Source of the DNA: Octopus sinensis
Lineage: Eukaryota
Direction of reading: 5' to 3'
Length of the DNA: 64,000 nucleotides
Assembly (NCBI RefSeq): GCF_006345805.1
Contig: NC_043017.1
Coordinates: 20,398,001 to 20,462,000, forward strand
Numbering within the stretch: the first letter of the stretch is position 1; each line of letters starts with the position of its first letter. Of the stretch, positions 1-12,890 are shown in pieces. The position numbers and the translations under genes were made by a program. Below the pieces are notes generated by a model. The model saw only the letters and a list, made by a program, of their open reading frames with translations. It was not told the origin of the DNA and ran no database searches.

Positions 1-57
1 CAATTGACTCGTATCATTTCTTATAATTTGCAATGTTTTGGCTATATATATATATAT

Positions 58-443
58 GAAGGCACTCCGTCAGTTACGACGACGAGGGTTCCGGTTGATC
101 CGAATCAACGGAACAGCCTGCTCGTGAAATCAACGTGTAAGTGGCTGAGCACTCCACAGACACGTGTACCTTAACGTAGTTATCGGGGATATTCAGGATG
201 TGCACAGAGAGTGACAAGGCCGGCCCTTTGAAATACAGGTACAACCGAAAACAGGAAGTAAGAGTGAGAGAAGTTGTGGTGAAAGAGTACAGCAGGGATC
301 ATCACCCCATCCCCTGCCAGAGACTTGTGGAGCTTTAGGTGTTTTCACTCAATAAACACTCACAACGCCCGGACTGGGAATCGAAACCGCGATCCTATGA
401 CTGCGAGTTCGCTGCCCTAACCACTGGGCCATTGCGCCTCCAC
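58..443 (-). mobile_element. tRNA-derived SINE, head H1 + tail T1
   Basis: Minus strand starts GTGGAGGCGCAATGGCCCAGTGGTTAGGGCAGC (A box) and contains GGTTTCGATTCCC (B box). The same head recurs at 34115-34408 and 49686-49995. The tail matches 15795-15980. Confidence 0.85.
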
Positions 444-780
444 ATCATCATCATCATCGTTTAGCGTCCGTTTTCCATGCTAGCATGGGTTGGAACGGTT
501 CACTGGGTCTGTGAAGCCGAAGGCTTCATCAGGCCCAGTCAGATCTGGAGAGTTTCTACAGCTGGAGATGCCCTTCCTAACGCCAACCACACTTCCGTGA
601 GTGTAGTGGGTGCCACGAACGGATGGTGCTTTTTATGTGGCCACCAGCACGGGGCCAGGCGAGGCTGTCAACGGACACGAACGGATGGTGCTTTTTACGT
701 GCCACCGGCAACGAGGCCAGTCGGGGCGGCGCTGGCAATGGTCGCGAAACGGATGGTTCTCTTACATGCCACCGGCACTG
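444..780 (-). mobile_element. Family C retroposon, (GAT)n-tailed, with tandem 5' units
   Basis: Minus strand has GTTGGCGTTAGGAAGGGCATC...CCAACCCATGCTAGCATGGAAAACGGACGCTAAACGATGATGATG. About ten related copies lie in the window. Confidence 0.8.
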
Positions 781-987
781 GTATATATATATATATATTT
801 ATATATATACATATATACATATATATATATATATATGGGAGAATGACCAACAAAGTTGGCCGTGGAGGTTAAGAATATAGTTGTGAAAGATGATGTTTAA
901 GGTCAGCGACCTGGGTGAGACAGGTGTCTGCCAGACTGGTTCTTAGGTAGGCTGGAGCAGGGTATAGTTGGTATCTTATTATAGTGT

Positions 988-1270
988 ATGTATGTATCAT
1001 TATGTTACAAGGATGTTTGCAAAAGGGACATGGAGGCCTGCAACATCAATATTAGCAACTGGGACGCAGCTGCCAGCAACTGTGGAGATTGGCGATGTAC
1101 CGTAAAAGAGGGAACACAAAGGAGTGACAGAGAGAGAGAGGAGAAATGGAAAGACAAGAGAAGACGTCAACAAGAAACTATGACATTACAACCAGCCAGG
1201 AACAGTCTTCACTACATTTGCGGGACCTGCCAGGAGATGTATTAGGACATGAAATGTAAAAGCTGGACTA
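988..1270 (+). pseudogene. Degenerate RTE-clade LINE ORF C-terminus (second copy 8772-9054)
   Basis: YKDVCKRDMEACNI...W...A....WR..V.EG....KRRRQ...YICGTC matches the RTE/BovB C-terminal pattern, recognised from memory. A stop follows the Cys motif. Confidence 0.65.
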
Positions 1271-1329
1271 GATTATTTTATGCACAAATCCATTGTCTCC
1301 TGAGACAAAAAGGATGCCAACCACGTATC

Positions 1330-1550
1330 ATTCAGAATCATTTGTGTTCACTTTTCCATTTTTACATGGACTTTGTTGAGGTAAAATTTCTACAGCTGGA
1401 TGCTCTTCCTGTCATCAAACTTCCCCTGTTTCCAAGCAAGGTAATATAGTAGTTTGTGGCTGGACATGTTTTCACAGAAGACTGGAAGTGAATGGCATGA
1501 TTTGTATGACTTATTTACGATGATCATGCAATGCTATGACAAAGATACAC
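1330..1550 (-). mobile_element. Family D SINE-like repeat (relatives near 9110, 18020, 24180, 28300, 46050, 47240)
   Basis: Recurrent CTGGATGCYCTTCCTGTC...GTTTCCAAGCAAGGTAATAT...GACATGTTTTCACAGAAGACTGG block. It shares its central motif and tail with family C. Confidence 0.7.
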
Positions 1551-2016
1551 ATGTGTACACACACACACACACACACGTACACAGAGGCACATGTATTTAT
1601 AATACAATATCTCATACACACAAACAGACAGACACACACACACACACACACATACACTGATGCATAACATGAATAAGAATGAGAGAGCCAGAAAGAGAGA
1701 GAAAGAGAGAGAGAGAAAAAGAGGGAGAGAGAGAAAGAGAGGGAGAGAGAGAAAGAGAGGGAGGGAGAGAGAAAGAGAGGGAGGGAGGGAGAAAGAGAGG
1801 GAGAAAGAGAGAAAGAAGGAAAGAGAGAGAAAAATGAAAGAGGGTTTCAAAAAGAAAGATAATTCAAGAGAAGATAAGATAGAGGGGGGAAAATGGGAGA
1901 GTAAGAGAAAGGGAAATAATGAGAAGTAGAGAGGGAGAGAGAGATAGAGAAAGATAGAGAGATGCTCAGTTAATCCTCGTCTTAATGAAGATGACTCAGA
2001 TAATCAAATGGCCAGT

Positions 2017-2117
2017 NNNNNNNNNNNNNNNNNNNNNNNNNNNNNNNNNNNNNNNNNNNNNNNNNNNNNNNNNNNNNNNNNNNNNNNNNNNNNNNNNNNN
2101 NNNNNNNNNNNNNNNNT
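2017..2117. other. Assembly gap, about 100 N
   Basis: Run of n in the sequence. Confidence 1.
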
Positions 2118-2443
2118 GTTTAAGGATGTTGAAACGAAACACCCATTTTTCAGAGGTGAATTATTCAAACCCAAGAATCCCTCTCAACACATGGCTATGA
2201 TGCTCCCCCACTACTTCTGCTCATGATCAGAGATGCACATATCGTCAGCCACTAAGGGACATGCTCAACTGGTTAAGGTCAAACAACTGACAAGCAAATC
2301 TGTGGAATTGAGCAGAATATTTGCTGTAGCCCATCTTTTATACCAAGACAAAACAATGTACATAATAACACTTCCAATTAGTTAAGATCAGAAGCTGCGA
2401 GAGCCACTGCCTGGTACAGCATCGGGGCATTTATCATCGGGGC

Positions 2444-2494
<51 letters not shown>

Positions 2495-2495
2495 G
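2118..2495 (+). mobile_element. Unclassified retroposon 3' end with (ATT)n tail
   Basis: Ends in a duplicated CATCGGGGCATTT (2420-2432, 2435-2447) followed by (ATT)n. It is truncated by the gap. Confidence 0.45.
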
Positions 2496-3384
2496 CATAC
2501 ATATACACATACATATGCATATATATGTGTGTGTGTGTATAAAGAGAGAGAGAGTTTGATTGATTCAGTCCAGTATACAAGCAGCAAGCAAAAAAAAAAA
2601 AAAAAAAAAAGGAAAAGAAAAGAAAAAGAATCCTGCCATTCTTTATACCAAGACTCTTATGTACTTTAGTACTTTGGTACTGGGAAGTTTAGCACCTGGG
2701 CAGACAGAAGTGGCACATCCAGGTGAAGAACAGGAAATACGGAATACATATTTTATTAATTTATTGTGTTTATCCAAAAATGAGTGATGATATACATACA
2801 TGTGTGTGTGTGTCTGTCTGTGTATGTGTGAGTGTATATGTGTGAGTGTATGTGTGAGTGTGTGATTAAGTAGGTATATGCATGTTTATATCGGTGAAGT
2901 GGCAACATGCCTGCAACTGCTATTAGTCGCTGTTCTGATGGAACTGGTTAAAATACTAATTCAACTCAGAGTGAATTAATTAGCAGAATGTTCCACATGG
3001 CAATTAGCAGATTAATTAAGACCTGGTTTCATTCAGTAAGAAGACCAGTTTTGGTCTGCCTACAAAATTATACACTTTCACGCATGCTTCAATGCATTCA
3101 TTTACATGCATGATGGTACAGATACACACATGGATGAAATCACAAACACAAACACACACACACACACACACACACACAAGTACATATATATATATATATG
3201 TCTCACTGAAAGAGTGCAGATTTTGTTCAGATCAATTTTTCAAGCTGATTATATGGAAGAATGGTGTACATCTCCAAAATACAGCATGTTCAAAAACTCG
3301 CCCTGCAGTAAGTATTTTATTGCAAAATAAATATTTATAACATGGAATAAGACTAGAAAAGAAAATATTGGACTTTACAAGACT

Positions 3385-3613
3385 TTAACCCTTTAGCATT
3401 TAAACCGGCCATATCCCGCCAAAAGTATTCTGCCTGTTTTATGTTCAAACTGGCCATATCTGGTCTCTCACACCAACCCTACAATATCATCTTAAAAATT
3501 AATAGCTACCTCATCAAAATCTCATAGCTACAAGATAATGCATGATTAGTTCAAAACAATGTGGATGAAAAAGCATTAACTTTGGCAGAATAATGTGAAC
3601 ACTAAAGGGTTAA
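3385..3613. mobile_element. piggyBac-type MITE
   Basis: TTAA-CCCTTTAG ... CTAAAGGG-TTAA, i.e. TTAA target duplication and CCC/GGG ends. Confidence 0.8.
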
Positions 3614-3623
3614 AAAAACTTTA

Positions 3624-4177
3624 TACGAGGTGTTGAAAGTGTCATCCTTCATTTTCAGTACATAAGTTAACTCGGATCTTTTCAGTTTGAATGGCAGTTT
3701 GTAACATAATTTCTAGGTAACTAAAACATTTTAAACTTCGTATACTGGTAGAATGTGTTTATAAAACATCTTTTTCTCTTGGCTTTATGAGAAAATTCTA
3801 TAGTTTCTAAGATATTTGTTGTTTTTTTTTCTTCAATTTCTGCAATTTCAACCAATCAATGATTCCATTGAGGTAATAAACATTCTGTGCCATATGAATA
3901 TGTCCCTCGTTAAGAAACAGATTGGGTTTATTACATTTGTGAGGAAAAAAAACCCTTCCCCCTAACCCTAACCCTAAAACAGATTGAAATGCAATAGATC
4001 GATACCAGGGTCATAATTATGGGTGACAATTTCATATGACGCCGCCAGAAAAAACTGCTGTTCAAGCCGAAATGATCCGTTAAATCTTCTAATGTTTTGA
4101 AATACATCTTGGAGAGCCTGAATGGTACGTACAGTGTGAAGGTTACGACTGCGGAGAGACTTTTTGAACATCCTGTA
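3624..4177. mobile_element. Degenerate Tc1/mariner-type MITE hosting the 3674-4078 element
   Basis: TACGAGGTGTTGAAAG at the left and CTTTTTGAACATCCTGTA at the right form an imperfect inverted pair with TA ends. Confidence 0.4.
3674..4078. mobile_element. MITE with GGATC termini, 8-bp TSD and internal (CCCTAA)n
   Basis: TIRs GGATCTTTTCAGTTTGAATGGCAGTTT and AAAACTGCTGTTCAAGCCGAAATGATCC. Flanks GTTAACTC and GTTAAATC match 7/8. Confidence 0.8.
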
Positions 4178-4672
4178 CAACAAATGGACAACACTGTGGC
4201 AGGTTAAAAATACACCGCATATATATATTCATGGAGGCATGGCTGTGTGTTTATCATGTTTATTTGGCAACCACAAGATTTTGTGTTCAGTTCAAGTGTG
4301 TAATACTTTGTGCATGTGTTTTCCCCTATAACCCCTGGATGATCATTGCTTTGAGAAATCATTTGCTTGATAGAAGCAGAATGGAAGCATATTGCAGATC
4401 ACCATCATCATTGTTTAAATCACCAATTAAGTGTTTTGACTGTTATTTCCAGCTATTTAATGTCTTTTTGGGGTCTGCAATTGCCTATATTATTGATTCT
4501 GTTATCATCATCTTTAAATTGTTACACCAGATAATATTAAAGTCGATAATATCTTTGCAAATTATATTTTCACGAATTATTTGCTCCATATATATATATA
4601 TATATATTGGTAAAAACAGTAAGAAACAAAAGAAAGAAAGAGACCTCTATATTATAGCGTTTTCAGATAGCC

Positions 4673-4735
4673 AGATAACTGAAGAGATTGTGTTGTGGAT
4701 TTCCACTTCGGCATCTGAAACTCAGAGTTTTATCT
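4673..4735 (+). ncRNA. Type I hammerhead ribozyme motif, core intact
   Basis: AGAUAA-CUGAAGA-(31-nt stem II region)-GAAA-CUCAGAG-UU^-UUAUCU. Stem I is AGAUAA/UUAUCU (6 bp). Stem III AACUC-A-GAGUU is self-complementary. Confidence 0.7.
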
Positions 4736-4907
4736 TGACTATTGAATAATGGTAACATATTAATTTACAGATATATATATATATAATAATAATAATTGAG
4801 GGAATATTATTCCAAACTTACAGGTAAAAATTCAATTTATAAATACTAAATTAAATTTCACAAAATATAATATATATATATTAATTGATAAAAGGTAATT
4901 TTTTCTA

Positions 4908-4950
<43 letters not shown>

Positions 4951-4989
4951 CATATACATACATACATATATAATATATATATACATATA

Positions 4990-5020
<31 letters not shown>

Positions 5021-5793
5021 ATAACATACATACATACATGGTGTGTATATGTATGTATATATATTCATATACATAATAAGTATATATATATATACACACA
5101 CACATACACATACATAGGCGTATACATATGTATGTAGATATGTAATACATACACACGTGGGTGTGCACACACACATTCTTTTTTTTAACCTTTCAAAGGT
5201 CTTTCTTTAATGGACCATTCCATAATGACAATCCAAACTGGTTTAAGAAATTCTCAAAGACCATGGCACTGGTAAATGGATCAACATCAGCTATAATTCA
5301 GAAGTGTAAAAACACTTATGAGGATAGCAGATAGGCCGAGGGAAGGAAAGGAAAGGATGAAGGAGAAGAAGAAGAAGAGAAGAAGAAGAAAGAGAAGAAG
5401 AAGAAAGAAGGAATGAGGAGGAGGAGGAGGAGAGAGAGCGAAGAAGAAGAAGAAGAGAAGAAGAAGAAGAAGAAGAAGCGAAGAAAGAAGCAGCAGCAGA
5501 AGCAGATCATCTCAACTTGAGATAAGTGAAATGAATTAACATCCCTGTTTACCCCAGAATCCTTATGTCATACCCTCTAGAGATTCGAACCTCCATCATT
5601 AAGCAATTTCTGAAAACATCAGAACGATTTTTTTCTCCACTTCATTTGTTTCATAGACACAGATCACCACACATCATTTCATATTAAATCACCCAGATAA
5701 CTTTCAATAGACAATAGGACTTGTTTTCCTAATTTTTGCCTCTGTGTGTATGTCTATTGAACGAAATATCCACACACGCACTCATACATACAT

Positions 5794-5831
<38 letters not shown>

Positions 5832-6720
5832 ACACACATACACACACATACATATATATATAATAATAACATCTTATAAGCTCAAAGCTTATAAAATATC
5901 ATTATTATTATTATTATTCTTTACAGAACTGTAAAAGTCGATGTGGCTTAGCAACCGATACTGCAAACTATTGCACACACACACACACACAAACACACAC
6001 GCACACACACACACACATTCACGCACACACACACACACACACACATATGCATTATATGCACACATGCTCATATAAAATATGTATGCATGTGAGTATATAC
6101 ATATATACACAGGCACACATATAAATATACACACACATGTGAGTATATACTTTCACATATATAAATATGTGCGTGTGTGTGTGTATACATATACAGACAC
6201 CACATACACGCTAAAAAACACAAAAAACACTTCTCCACGTGTCCACAACACTACAATATATCATATACATACATACACACACACGTCTATATATGTATGT
6301 ATGTATGTATATATATGTACATATATATATATTATATAATATATATCATTAAGAACAATCTTACTTAGAAATGGATGCGTGCATTCCGTCATATAATATA
6401 TTAATAAATAAATAAAAACATATGCATATATACATACATATATGTACGTACCTACATCTACATGTACATATACATATATATGGGTACAGGACACAAAAAA
6501 AACGTCAAACCATATACAACACACAAATACAAATGGACATGAATCCTGCCCCCCCCCCACAACACATACATCCCAACCCACATTAAAATAGCTCTGTACA
6601 CATATACACATAGATATACACAAACGCTTTATAATATAGATATATATATAGATATATATATATATGTATATATATATGTATATATATATATGTATATATA
6701 TTATATATATATATATGTAT

Positions 6721-6760
<40 letters not shown>

Positions 6761-7793
6761 TATAATGTAGAATATATATGTATATATATATATATACATA
6801 TGTATATATATATATACATATGTATTATATATATATACATATGTATATATATATATTATACATATGTATATAAGAATATATATCAGCATCTAGTATCATA
6901 TAAACGTCCGTTTTACTTAGCATTATTTATCTAGCTAGCCCCATATTAGTTGGCATATATTTATACATGGATGCCCTATACGCTATATCGGTATAAGTGT
7001 TTTATACGTACCTATACATATAATCTATATTATGGTACTTTTTATATATAGAAAGAAATATAGAGCACAACATATATATATATACATTATATATATATAT
7101 TACATATATATATATATACATAATATATATACATAATATAAATATATACATATATATATACATATATATATATACATATATATATACAATATATATACAT
7201 ATATTATACATATATATATAATATATATATACATATATATATATACATATATATATACATTATATATACATATAATATATACATATATAATATACATATA
7301 TATATATACATATATATATATACATATATATTACATATATATATCATATATATCACAATATTATATATATCTATTATATAATATATATATGGTATATATA
7401 TACAACACATACACACTGCAATTCCCCAGACTCTACTTTGTCAATAAAACAGTTTGAAGGCACAATTGTGTTGTGAAATATTTAAAACACACATTTAAAT
7501 GTCATTAGTTCTTACACCAACATACTCTCATAGTGACTGTACGGGTTGTATGGTTGTGACGCTGTACTGTTTGTTAAAATTGGCTTCGTGAAAAAAATTT
7601 GAGGTCGCGACCATTAAACGGTTTTTTAGTGAAATTTGATAAAATTTCATTCTATTCGAAGAATAATGTTTACCATGTTGATGTGGGTACATACACACAT
7701 ACAAACATCATGAGGTATTGTCTGTTATACACATAAACGTTTTTGGTTTTATCTTTCATAACTTAAACAAGCTACACAAGCTCAATGTACAAA

Positions 7794-9792
7794 CAATTGA
7801 CTCGTCATTTCTTATAATTTGCAATGTTTGGGCTATATATATATATATGAAGGCACTCAGTCAGTTACGACGACGAGGGTTCCGGTTGATCCAATCAACG
7901 GAACAGCTGCTCGTGAAATCAACGTGTAAGTGGCTGAGCACTCCACAGACACGTGTACCTTAACGTAGTTATCGGGGATATTCAGGATGTGCACAGAGAG
8001 TGACAAGGCCGGCCCTTTGAAATACAGGTACAACCGAAAACAGGAAGTAAGAGTGAGAGAAGTTGTGGTGAAAGAGTACAGCAGGGATCATCACCCCATC
8101 CCCTGCCAGAGACTTGTGGAGCTTTAGGTGTTTTCACTCAATAAACACTCACAACGCCCGGACTGGGAATCGAAACCGCGATCCTATGACTGCGAGTTCG
8201 CTGCCCTAACCACTGGGCCATTGCGCCTCCACATCATCATCATCATCGTTTAGCGTCCGTTTTCCATGCTAGCATGGGTTGGAACGGTTCACTGGGTCTG
8301 TGAAGCCGAAGGCTTCATCAGGCCCAGTCAGATCTGGAGAGTTTCTACAGCTGGAGATGCCCTTCCTAACGCCAACCACTCCGTGAGTGTAGTGGGTGCC
8401 ACGAACGGATGGTGCTTTTTATGTGCCACCAGCACGGGGCCAGGCGAGGCTGTCAACGGACACGAACGGATGGTGCTTTTTACGTGCCACCGGCACGAGG
8501 CCAGTCGGGGCGGCGCTGGCAATGGTCGCGAAACGGATGGTTCTCTTACATGCCACCGGCACTGGTATATATATATATATATTTATATATATACATATAT
8601 ACATATATATATATATATATGGGAGAATGACCAACAAAGTTGGCCGTGGAGGTTAAGAATATAGTTGTGAAAGATGATGTTTAAGGTCAGCGACCTGGGT
8701 GAGACAGGTGTCTGCCAGACTGGTTCTTAGGTAGGCTGGAGCAGGGTATAGTTGGTATCTTATTATAGTGTATGTATGTATCATTATGTTACAAGGATGT
8801 TTGCAAAAGGGACATGGAGGCCTGCAACATCAATATTAGCAACTGGGACGCAGCTGCCAGCAACTGTGGAGATTGGCGATGTACCGTAAAAGAGGGAACA
8901 CAAAGGAGTGACAGAGAGAGAGAGGAGAAATGGAAAGACAAGAGAAGACGTCAACAAGAAACTATGACATTACAACCAGCCAGGAACAGTCTTCACTACA
9001 TTTGCGGGACCTGCCAGGAGATGTATTAGGACATGAAATGTAAAAGCTGGACTAGATTATTTTATGCACAAATCCATTGTCTCCTGAGACAAAAAGGATG
9101 CCAACCACGTATCATTCAGAATCATTTGTGTTCACTTTTCCATTTTTACATGGACTTTGTTGAGGTAAAATTTCTACAGCTGGATGCTCTTCCTGTCATC
9201 AAACTTCCCCTGTTTCCAAGCAAGGTAATATAGTAGTTTGTGGCTGGACATGTTTTCACAGAAGACTGGAAGTGAATGGCATGATTTGTATGACTTATTT
9301 ACGATGATCATGCAATGCTATGACAAAGATACACATGTGTACACACACACACACACACGTACACAGAGGCACATGTATTTATAATACAATATCTCATACA
9401 CACAAACAGACAGACACACACACACACACACATACACTGATGCATAACATGAATAAGAATGAGAGAGCCAGAAAGAGAGAAGAGAGAGAGAGAAAAAGAG
9501 GGAGAGAGAGAAAGAGGTGAGAGAGAGAAAGAGAGGGAGGGAGAGAGAAAGAGAGGGAGGGAGGGAGAAAGAGAGGAGAAAAGAGAGAAAGAAGGAAAGA
9601 GAGAGAAAAATGAAAGAGGGTTTCAAAAAGAAAGATAATTCAAGAGAAGATAAGATAGAGGGGGGAAAATGGGAGAGTAAGAGAAAGGGAAATAATGAGA
9701 AGTAGAGAGGGAGAGAGAGATAGAGAAAGATAGAGAGATGCTCAGTTAATCCTCGTCTTAATGAAGATGACTCAGATAATCAAATGGCCAGT
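7794..9792 (+). repeat. Near-identical second copy of 1-2016
   Basis: Same order of SINEs, RTE fragment and (GA)n. Differences are mostly 1-3 nt indels. Confidence 0.95.
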
Positions 9793-9799
9793 GTCTTGT

Positions 9800-10053
9800 G
9801 TCAAGTATTATGACAATATCAATAATGATGATGATGATGATGGTGGTAGTGATGATGATTGGTGGTGGAAATGATAATGATGATGATGATGAACTGATGA
9901 TGATGATGATGGTGGTGGTGATGGTGGTGGCGATGGTGTTGATGATGATAATGATAGTGGAACTGATGATGTTGATGATGATGATGGTGGTGGTGATATT
10001 GAAGGTGGTGATGATGATGATGGTGGTGGTGGTGGTATTGATGGTGGTGGTGA

Positions 10054-10087
<34 letters not shown>

Positions 10088-10125
10088 GGTGATGGAGTTT
10101 GTGATTATGATGATGGTGGAACTGA

Positions 10126-10159
<34 letters not shown>

Positions 10160-10325
10160 GGTGTTGATGGTGGTGATGATGATGATGGTGGTGGTATTGA
10201 TGGTGGTAGTGATGACGGTGGTGGTGGTAGTAGTGGTGATGATGATGTTGATGATGATGACGATGGTGGTGGTGATGATGATGTTGATAATGATGACGAT
10301 GGTGGTGGTGGTGATGATGGATGAG
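9800..10325. repeat. Cryptic (GAT/GGT)n microsatellite
   Basis: Mixed trinucleotide run. It generates the poly-His, poly-Met and poly-Ile ORFs. Confidence 0.95.
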
Positions 10326-10839
10326 AGGCAAGAGTGCATGTTCCTTCAATACAAATAAGTTATGCAAACAAACACAGACAGACAACCTCCTGCTCAAACA
10401 AGCCGAAACAAAAACAAGAAACAAACAAAAAAAAATAATAATAACCTAAAACCAGAAACCATAAAAAAAACCCCACAGCTTCTTGCCATTTATCCCCCAC
10501 CCCACCCCCATTCACTCCCCGCCCCCTGCTTCATTCCTCTGGCTCCTTTCCCCATGCATTAAATATGCGGCATGATATGATGTGATGTGAACCCATAACT
10601 CAGAGGTCATCAGTTTGTACTGCATCCTTGTGGTCAGTGCACTGATGGACATGCAAACATGTCTAATGTACACCCCAATCATCTCGCTCTCTCTCTCTTT
10701 CTTTCTCTCCTCTCCTCCCTCTCTGTCTGTCTGTCGGTCATTTTTTTACATCTTTCTAGATTATTCTACGAGAAGTGTGTTAATATATACATGTCTGAGC
10801 AGACATTACATATTCATACATGTAAATGTTCTTTGATCT

Positions 10840-11325
10840 ACATACACGATGGTAAGAAGCTTGCTTCCCAATTCCCAATCACATGGTTCCAGGTTCAGTC
10901 CCACTGTGCGGCATCTTGGGCAAGTGACTTCTACTATAGTCTTGAGCCAACCAAAACCTTGTGAATGAATTTGGTAGATGGAAACTGAAAGAAGCCTGTC
11001 ATATAAACGCACATACAGGTACAGGCATGGCTGTGTAATAAGAAGTCTGGTCTCCAACCACATGGTTCTGAGTTCAATCTAGTTACTTGGCATCTTGACC
11101 AAGTGTCTTCTACCATAGCCTTGGGTCAACCAAGGCTTTTGTGAAGACTTGGTAGACTGAAACTGAAAGAAGCCTGTTGTATGCATACACACACATACAA
11201 GCACAGGCATGGCTGTGTAGTAAAAAGTTTGCTGCTCAACCACATGGTTTTGGGTTCAGTGCCAATGTGTGACATGTTGGGCAAGTATCTCTTACTATAG
11301 CCTCAGGCAGACCAAAACTTTGTAA
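10840..11325 (+). mobile_element. Three diverged head-to-tail family A SINE heads
   Basis: Three units of about 180 bp, each with the CACATGG...TTC..GGCA/CCAAGT..CT...ACTATAGCC-type head and no 3' body. Confidence 0.7.
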
Positions 11326-11371
11326 CTAATGATACTTCTCTGGAGTATGATTAATTCAAAACAGTCAAAAT

Positions 11372-11798
11372 AGGCGCAGGAGTGGCTGTGTGGTTAGTAG
11401 CTTGTTTACCAACAACATGGTTCCAGGTTCAGTCCCACTGCGTGGAACCTTGGGCAAGTGTCTTCTACTATAGCCTCGGGCCAACCAAAGCCTTGTGAGT
11501 GGATTTGGTAGACGGAAACTGAAAGAAGCCCGTCGTATATATGTATATATATATATATGTGTATGTGTGTGTGTGTGTGTGAGTTTGTATGTCTGTGTTT
11601 GTCCCCCCAACATCGCTTGAGAGCCGATGCTGGTGAGTTTATGTCCCCGTCACTTAGCGGTTCGGCAAAAGAGACCGATAGAATAAGTACTGGGCTTACA
11701 AAGAATAAGTCCCGGGGTCGAGTTGCTTGATTAAAGGCAGTGCTCCAGCATGGCCGCAGTCAAATGACTGAAACAAGTAAAAAGAGTAAAAGAGAGAG
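11372..11798 (+). mobile_element. Family A tRNA-derived SINE, full length, internal (TA)/(TG) microsatellite
   Basis: AGGCGCAGGAGTGGCTGTGTGG head, GGTTCAGTCCC B-box-like motif, CORE-like CCTTGGGCAAGTGTCTT, and AAAAGAG-repeat tail. Confidence 0.9.
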
Positions 11799-12543
11799 AG
11801 TCTGAATAAATAAGCGTTACATTTGACAGTGTGATCTAAATGTTAAAGAGTTAATTGCATAATATTGAAATTAATTACATATTGGAGTTAATTACAAAAA
11901 AGTTAATTACATAATATTGAGACAGCCTTTTGACCATTGTACACAGCCAGCCGCTCAAAACATCTTATAGCGTCATCTTCTGAAGTAATGTCATGGATGG
12001 ATTGTGATGATCATAGCAAGCTCCACTCAAACTAGGTCAGTCTGGAGCTAAACAATCACAAGAACCACCCATGAAGGACTGGGAAAAAAAAATACAAAAT
12101 ATATATATAAAAAACAAAAAAAAAACTTGATGGTGCCCCAGCATGGCCACGGCTCTTCAGCTCATGAAAACAGTAAAAGAGTAAAAGCAAAGTTGCCCCC
12201 TGGTGGATTTAAGCCCTAAATTTAAAGGATCATATCCTCAACTGTAGAAGACAGCTGGGTGTAGATTGTGTTTAAATAGAATAAGTAGAGAGAATTAATG
12301 TCCTGGGGTGAAGTTTCTATTAATCTGTTGTATACATACAGACAGGAAGAATGATTAGTCAGTTCCTGAAAGAGATGAATGTGTGTGTACCTGTGTGTGT
12401 GTGTATATATATATGCATTTTTCCCACTGTTATCATTATGCTAGTCATCTGTCGTTTTATGCTTGTTTTTTTTTATTGCTGGCATGGGTTGGATGAATAT
12501 AAATTTTGTCTTGCTCCCATATGGATATATACAAACATACATT

Positions 12544-12596
<53 letters not shown>

Positions 12597-12693
12597 ATAA
12601 ATAATTGCATAAATGTATCTCTTTCTCACTCTCACTTTATCTCTTTATATATGTGTGTATGTATGTATATATATATATATATATATATGTATA

Positions 12694-12890
12694 TAGTTAA
12701 TCCAAACACAACAATGCGAGGACGTGGAACAAATATAGTATTATTGGACGCTCAGGAAGGAAGGGAAGAAGGAGGGTTTAATGTTTCGAGCGGAGCTCTT
12801 CGTCAGAAACATAGGAAAAGGAAAGATCCAGAGAAGGGAAGACGGAGGAAAATAAAATCACCAACAGTACACACGCGATCACATTTTGAA
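12694..12890 (-). mobile_element. Short (TA)n-flanked element, family HH1, second copy 42171-42391
   Basis: About 200-bp reverse-complement match to 42171-42391. It contains the hammerhead motif at 12776-12810. Confidence 0.8.
12776..12810 (-). ncRNA. Minimal type I hammerhead motif with stem III mutation
   Basis: GUUU-CUGACGA-A-GAGC-UCC-GCUC-GAAA-CA-UU^-AAAC. The sister copy has CG in place of CA. Confidence 0.6.

Noticed and set aside
330-443. Functional tRNA genes at SINE heads
   Set aside because: A and B boxes are present, but each continues into a SINE body and I could not build a full cloverleaf.
3961-3978. True telomere or chromosome fusion site
   Set aside because: Only about three CCCTAA units, inside a TIR/TSD-bounded MITE.
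4231-4749. 172-aa ORF
   Set aside because: Crosses (TA)n and the hammerhead element; no recognisable domain.
7700-7750. CATCATGAG-GTAT...ATAC-ACATAAACGTT as a decayed hammerhead
   Set aside because: Needs several core changes; not distinguishable from chance.
9758-10424. Long poly-His, poly-Met and poly-Thr/Ile ORFs (also 42844-43473 and 49004-49367)
   Set aside because: Trinucleotide microsatellites lacking stops; no non-repeat domain.
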